Positions 7,660 through 11,872 of a DNA stretch of 11,872 bases are shown here, piece by piece. The notes beneath the pieces were generated by a model that ran no database searches, was not told the origin of the DNA, and saw only the letters and a program-made list of their open reading frames with translations. The stretch is taken from the UHGV virus genome UHGV-1566471; one strand, written 5' to 3'. Position 1 is the first letter of the stretch; each line of letters begins with the position of its first letter. The stretch comes from a virus. A program made the position numbers and the translations under genes.

Positions 7660-8735
7660 ACGACAATGTCACGCTACGGGTAAATGGCCGGGAGTGGAAT
7701 GGCTGGACATCGGTGCGCATCGGTGCCGGTATTGAACGGCTGGCGCGGGATTTCAGTGTGGAGATCACTCGCCAGTGGCCGGGAGATGAGGGTATCACCA
7801 CGCTTCAGCCGCGCATTAAAAACGGTTCAAAAGTGGAAGTGCTGATTGGTGATGAGCTGGTGATCACCGGCTGGGTGGAGGCGACTCCCGTTCGTTACGA
7901 TGCCCGTTCGGTCAGCACCGGTATTGCCGGACGTAGTCTGACGGCTGACCTGATTGACTGTGCAGCCGAACCGACACAGTTTAACGGACGCTCGCTGGTG
8001 CAGATTGCGCAGGCGCTTGCTGCGCCTTTCGGCATTGAGGTGGTGAACAACGGTGCACCGTCGGATGTTATTCCTGATGTCCAGCCTGATCACGGTGAAA
8101 CGGTGATCGAGGTGATCAACAAAATACTCGGTCAGCAGCAGGCGCTGGCTTACGACGACCCGCACGGCAGGCTGGTGATTGGCGGTATTGGCTCAACGCG
8201 GGCACATACCGCGCTGGTACTTGGGGAAAACATCCTTTCCTGTGATACGGAGAAGAGTGTTCGGGAGCGTTTTTCAGTTTACCAGGTGGCGGGGCAGCGT
8301 GCCGGAAACGACGATGATTTCGGTGAGGCCACCACCACCGCGCTGCGGGCCCGCACAGAGGACGCATTTATTGCCCGTTACCGTCCGATGTATATCAGGC
8401 AGACAGGGCAGGCCACGGGGGCAGGTTGTATTGCGCGTGCTGACTTTGAAGCCCGACAACGGGCGGCGCGGACGGATGAAACCACCTATGTGGTGCAGGG
8501 CTGGCGACAGGGTAACGGTACGCTGTGGCAGCCCAACCAGCGGGTGATTGTCTTCGATCCGGTCTGTGGTTTCGACAATACCGAACTGCTTGTCTCGGAA
8601 GTCACGTTTACTCAGGACCAGAACGGCACCCTGACGGAAATCCGTGTCGGCCCACCTGATGCTTATCTTCCTGAACCCGAAGCCCCCGGCGCGCGGAAAA
8701 AGAAAAAAGCCAGAGTACAGGAGGACCCGTTCTGA
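7656..8735 (+). CDS. Baseplate hub / tail protein (Mu gpP / gp44-like)
   Basis: 359-aa ORF, N-terminus MNDNVTLRVNGREWNGWTSVRIG typical of Mu P-like proteins; lysine-rich C-terminus; TGATG overlap with next gene. Confidence 0.85.
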   Translation: MNDNVTLRVNGREWNGWTSVRIGAGIERLARDFSVEITRQWPGDEGITTLQPRIKNGSKVEVLIGDELVITGWVEATPVRYDARSVSTGIAGRSLTADLIDCAAEPTQFNGRSLVQIAQALAAPFGIEVVNNGAPSDVIPDVQPDHGETVIEVINKILGQQQALAYDDPHGRLVIGGIGSTRAHTALVLGENILSCDTEKSVRERFSVYQVAGQRAGNDDDFGEATTTALRARTEDAFIARYRPMYIRQTGQATGAGCIARADFEARQRAARTDETTYVVQGWRQGNGTLWQPNQRVIVFDPVCGFDNTELLVSEVTFTQDQNGTLTEIRVGPPDAYLPEPEAPGARKKKKARVQEDPF

Positions 8736-9283
8736 TGAGGACGATTGAAGCCATGCAGCGACAACTCCTCGGCCTGATTGGGCGGGCCGTGGTGAAAAGC
8801 ATCAGTGCCGCCACGAAATGTCAGACCGTGGATGTGTCCCTGATTGCCGGTGAACCCAAAGCCGGGGTTGAACATCTTGAACCCTACGGTTTTACCGCAA
8901 GGGCAAACAGCGGTGCGGAAGCGGTGGTGTTGTTTCCGGATGGCGACCGTTCTCATGCAGTGGTTGTTACGGTGTCGGACCGGCGCTACCGCCTGAAAGG
9001 GCTGCAGACGGGTGAGGTGGCTGTCTATGACGATCAGGGGCAGTCTGTGACGCTGACCCGGGAGGGGATCGTGGTGGACGGTGCAGGTAAAACGATCACG
9101 TTTCGCAATGCGCCCAGAGCACGTTTTGAAATGGACCTGGAAGTGACAGGACAGGTGAAAGACCTGTGCGACTCCGGCGGCACCACCATGTCAGCGATGC
9201 GGCTTGCCTATAACGGGCATCGTCACAGAGAGAACGGTCAGGGCAGTAACACCGACAAACCTGATAAAGCGATGGAGGCATGA
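8735..9283 (+). CDS. Baseplate assembly protein V / central spike (Mu gp45-like)
   Basis: 182-aa ORF in the position of Mu gp45; translation consistent with gpV-like spike proteins. Confidence 0.8.
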   Translation: MRTIEAMQRQLLGLIGRAVVKSISAATKCQTVDVSLIAGEPKAGVEHLEPYGFTARANSGAEAVVLFPDGDRSHAVVVTVSDRRYRLKGLQTGEVAVYDDQGQSVTLTREGIVVDGAGKTITFRNAPRARFEMDLEVTGQVKDLCDSGGTTMSAMRLAYNGHRHRENGQGSNTDKPDKAMEA

Positions 9284-9708
9284 TGGAACTGTGGCTGACG
9301 GTGAACGGTAAACGCACCTGCGCCAGCGCACAGCTGGATCCGCTGACCCGCGCCGTGGTGATTTCCCTGTTTACCTGGCGGCGGGCGGAGCCTGATGACA
9401 ACGCCGACGTCCCGATGGGATGGTGGGGGGATACCTGGCCTGCGGTACAGAATGACCGTTACGGCTCCCGACTGTGGCTGCTTCAGCGCAGCAAACTGAC
9501 CAATCAGCTGGTGCAGACGGTAAGGGGGTATATCCGCGAATGCCTGCAATGGATGATTGATGACGGCGTGGTGTCCCGTATTGATCTGGATATCCGCCGC
9601 ACCGGGATTAATGAACTGGGTAACAGTATCACTCTCTGGCGTCGTGACGGACCGGTAATGATTTCTTTTGATGATCTGTGGAGTGCGATAACGCATGGCG
9701 GACAGTGA
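9280..9708 (+). CDS. Phage GP46-family baseplate protein (Mu gp46-like)
   Basis: 142-aa ORF, ATGA overlap with upstream gene; conserved position between the gpV-like and J-like genes. Confidence 0.8.
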   Translation: MMELWLTVNGKRTCASAQLDPLTRAVVISLFTWRRAEPDDNADVPMGWWGDTWPAVQNDRYGSRLWLLQRSKLTNQLVQTVRGYIRECLQWMIDDGVVSRIDLDIRRTGINELGNSITLWRRDGPVMISFDDLWSAITHGGQ

Positions 9709-10753
9709 ATTTCAGCGCCCGACGCTGGCAGAAAATATCAGTATGCTCCGTAACGATTTATTCGCCAGGCTGGACGTCAGCGACACGCTCCGGCGCATGG
9801 ATGAAGACGTGCGGGCAAAGGTGTATGCGGCGGCGCTGCATACGGTTTACGGTTACATCGATTATCTGGCAATGAACATGCTGCCTGACCTGTGCGATGA
9901 GTCCTGGCTGGCGCGACATGCTGCGATGAAACGGTGTCCGCGCAAGGGGGCCACGGCTGCCAGCGGGTATATGCGCTGGGAAGGTGTCAGCGATGGCCTG
10001 AAGGTGACCGCCGGGAGTGTTATTCAGCGCGATGACCTGGTTCAGTACACGGCAACTGCCGATGCAACCAGCACCGGTGGTGTCCTGAGCGTGCCGATCG
10101 CCTGCTCAAGTGCAGGCGCGGTCGGTAACGCTGACGACGGTACGTCATTAATCCTGGTCACGCCGGTTAATGGTCTGCCGTCTTCCGGCGAGGCAGATAC
10201 CCTGACAGGTGGATTTGATATTGAAGAGCTGGAAACGTGGCGCGCCCGCGTCATTGAGCGGTATTACTGGACGCCTCAGGGCGGGGCTGACGGGGACTAT
10301 GTCGTCTGGGCTAAAGAAGTGCCCGGCATTACCCGCGCATGGACATACCGACACTGGATGGGAACGGGGACTGTCGGTGTGATGATAGCCAGCAGTGACC
10401 TGATTAATCCCATTCCGGAAGAATCAACGGAAACGGCAGCAAGACAACATATCGGGCCACTGGCCCCGGTGGCAGGCTCTGATTTGTATGTATTCAGGCC
10501 GGTGGCACATACGGTGGATTTTCATATCCGCGTGACGCCGGACACACCAGAAATACGGGCTGCCATTACCGCGGAGTTGCGTTCGTTCCTGCTGCGTGAT
10601 GGTTATCCGCAGGGAGAACTGAAGGTATCGCGTATCAGTGAAGCGATTTCCGGTGCGAACGGGGAATACAGCCATCAGTTGCTTGCACCGGCAGACAATA
10701 TCTCCATTGCAAAAAATGAACTGGCGGTACTGGGGACGATTTCATGGACGTGA
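9695..10753 (+). CDS. Baseplate J-like wedge protein (Mu gp47-like)
   Basis: 352-aa ORF; size and order (gp46 then J-like then gp48-like then fiber) match Mu-like baseplates and the e14 jayE-ymfQ-stfP arrangement. Confidence 0.85.
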   Translation: MADSEFQRPTLAENISMLRNDLFARLDVSDTLRRMDEDVRAKVYAAALHTVYGYIDYLAMNMLPDLCDESWLARHAAMKRCPRKGATAASGYMRWEGVSDGLKVTAGSVIQRDDLVQYTATADATSTGGVLSVPIACSSAGAVGNADDGTSLILVTPVNGLPSSGEADTLTGGFDIEELETWRARVIERYYWTPQGGADGDYVVWAKEVPGITRAWTYRHWMGTGTVGVMIASSDLINPIPEESTETAARQHIGPLAPVAGSDLYVFRPVAHTVDFHIRVTPDTPEIRAAITAELRSFLLRDGYPQGELKVSRISEAISGANGEYSHQLLAPADNISIAKNELAVLGTISWT

Positions 10754-11328
10754 CAAACGATGATTACATCCGTCTGTTGTCGGCACTGTTGCCCCCCGGT
10801 CCGGCGTGGTCAGCCAGCGATCCGGCGATTGCCGGTGCGGCACCGTCATTAACCCGCGTTCATCAGCGTGCGGATGCCCTGATGCGGGAGCTGGATCCGC
10901 GCACCACCACTGAACTGATAAACCGCTGGGAGCGTCTGTGCGGTCTGCCGGATGAATGTATTCCGGCGGGAACGCAGACCCTTCGCCAGCGTCAGCAACG
11001 GCTGGATGCGAAGGTTAACCTGGCGGGCGGCATCAACGAGAATTTTTATCTTGCACAGCTTGCTGCCCTGGGCAGACCAGACGCCACCATCACGCGATAC
11101 GACAAAAGCACGTTCACCTGCTCATCGGTCTGTACTGACGCGGTGAATGCGCCGGAATGGCGGTATTACTGGCAGGTCAACATGCCAGCCGCCACAAACA
11201 CCACCTGGATGACATGTGGCGATCCCTGTGATTCCGCGCTGCGTATCTGGGGCGACACCGTTGTCGAATGTGTGCTTAACAAACTCTGCCCGTCGCATAC
11301 CAACGTAATTTTTAAATATCCGGAGTAA
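10744..11328 (+). CDS. Mu gp48-like / YmfQ-like tail protein (DUF2313-type)
   Basis: 194-aa ORF overlapping the J-like gene by 10 nt; Cys-containing C-terminus; sits immediately upstream of the tail fiber gene as in e14 and Mu-like prophages. Confidence 0.8.
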   Translation: MDVTNDDYIRLLSALLPPGPAWSASDPAIAGAAPSLTRVHQRADALMRELDPRTTTELINRWERLCGLPDECIPAGTQTLRQRQQRLDAKVNLAGGINENFYLAQLAALGRPDATITRYDKSTFTCSSVCTDAVNAPEWRYYWQVNMPAATNTTWMTCGDPCDSALRIWGDTVVECVLNKLCPSHTNVIFKYPE

Positions 11329-11331
11329 TCC

Positions 11332-11872
11332 ATGCATCGTATAGACACGAAAACCGCGCAGAAGGATAAGTTCGGCGCGGGTAAAAACGGTTTTACCCGT
11401 GGTAACCCCCAGACCGGCACGCCTGCCACCGATCTGGATGATGACTACTTTGATATGTTGCAGGAAGAACTCTGCAGCGTGGTGGAGGCATCCGGTGCCA
11501 GCCTGGAGAAGGGGCGGCATGACCAGCTGCTTACCGCGCTTCGTGCACTGCTGTTAAGCCGCAAGAATCCGTTTGGCGATATCAAATCGGATGGCACGGT
11601 GAAAACGGCTCTCGAAAACCTTGGTTTGGGAGAAGCGGCAAAAAGGAATGTGGGGACAGAGACAAACCAAATACCAGACATGGCTTCGTTTGCTTCTGGT
11701 CCGGGTTGGATGAAATTTCCATCTGGTAAAATTATTCAGTATGGCTATCATACATCCAGTAACAGTAGTTCAATCATTATTAATTTCCCTATTCCTTTCC
11801 CGACTCAATGTTACGGAGTCACAGGGGGTGGAACAGATGCCAGTGCAGCAAATATTGTAGGTTGCCAGGTCA
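11332..11872 (+). CDS. Tail fiber protein, 5' part (conserved N-terminal domain plus start of AT-rich variable receptor-binding region); runs off the right edge
   Basis: GGAG 6 nt upstream of ATG 11332; N-terminus [48 protein letters not shown] is the conserved N-terminus of StfP/StfE/Mu S-type side tail fibers; open to the window edge (180 codons). Not in the ORF track because no stop is present. Confidence 0.85.
   Translation, partial: MHRIDTKTAQKDKFGAGKNGFTRGNPQTGTPATDLDDDYFDMLQEELCSVVEASGASLEKGRHDQLLTALRALLLSRKNPFGDIKSDGTVKTALENLGLGEAAKRNVGTETNQIPDMASFASGPGWMKFPSGKIIQYGYHTSSNSSSIIINFPIPFPTQCYGVTGGGTDASAANIVGCQV
11609..11634. other. Candidate 26-bp crossover site for a Gin/Cin/Pin/Hin-family serine DNA invertase (gix/pix-like), inside the tail fiber gene
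   Basis: CTCTCGAAAACC-TT-GGTTTGGGAGAA: imperfect dyad (9 of 12 half-site positions symmetric) around a 2-bp core, with the AAACC/GGTTT signature of hix/gix/cix sites. It falls at the codons for ALENLGLGE, where constant and variable fiber parts join in invertible fiber systems, and coincides with a drop in GC downstream. Confidence 0.55.

Noticed and set aside
8696-8710. A-rich tract (GGAAAAAGAAAAAAG) near the 3' end of the baseplate hub gene as a possible second frameshift site
   Set aside because: Not in X-XXY-YYZ register (the preceding base is G in both candidate heptamers); it simply encodes the KKKK C-terminal tail and the downstream gene has its own overlapping ATG.
1-11872. Searched for CRISPR repeats, tRNA/rRNA-like segments, integrase or att-like direct repeats, and toxin or defence gene cargo
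   Set aside because: No regularly spaced direct repeats or structured RNA candidates were seen; every sizeable plus-strand ORF between 561 and 11872 is accounted for by a virion structural family.

Overview
This window is almost entirely a co-directional (+ strand) late morphogenesis operon of a tailed prophage from a GC-rich enterobacterial-type genome. The left part carries HK97/lambda-like head-tail joining genes (gp6-like connector, head closure protein, HK97 gp10-like). The rest is a Mu/SfV-like contractile tail module: DUF2635 small protein, sheath, tube, chaperone with a -1 frameshift site, tape measure, DNA circularization protein, baseplate hub, spike, gp46, J-like, gp48/YmfQ-like, and the start of a tail fiber. 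Genes are tightly packed with overlapping stop/start codons. Three things stand out. (1) The first ~300 bp are AT-rich and encode, on the minus strand, the N-terminus of a gene that looks like a low-GC fused PurL (FGAM synthase); the adjacent gp6-like gene appears to have lost its 5' end, so this is a junction with foreign DNA or an assembly/construct chimera. (2) A canonical T-TTT-TTC slippery site sits in the tail chaperone overlap. (3) A 26-bp Hin/Gin/Cin/Pin-type crossover site lies inside the tail fiber gene at the point where the sequence turns AT-rich, implying an invertible host-range segment whose invertase lies beyond the right edge. I found no rRNA, tRNA, CRISPR array, integrase or defence-type cargo inside the module. 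All protein family calls are from reading the translations and memory of the families; no database search was run.
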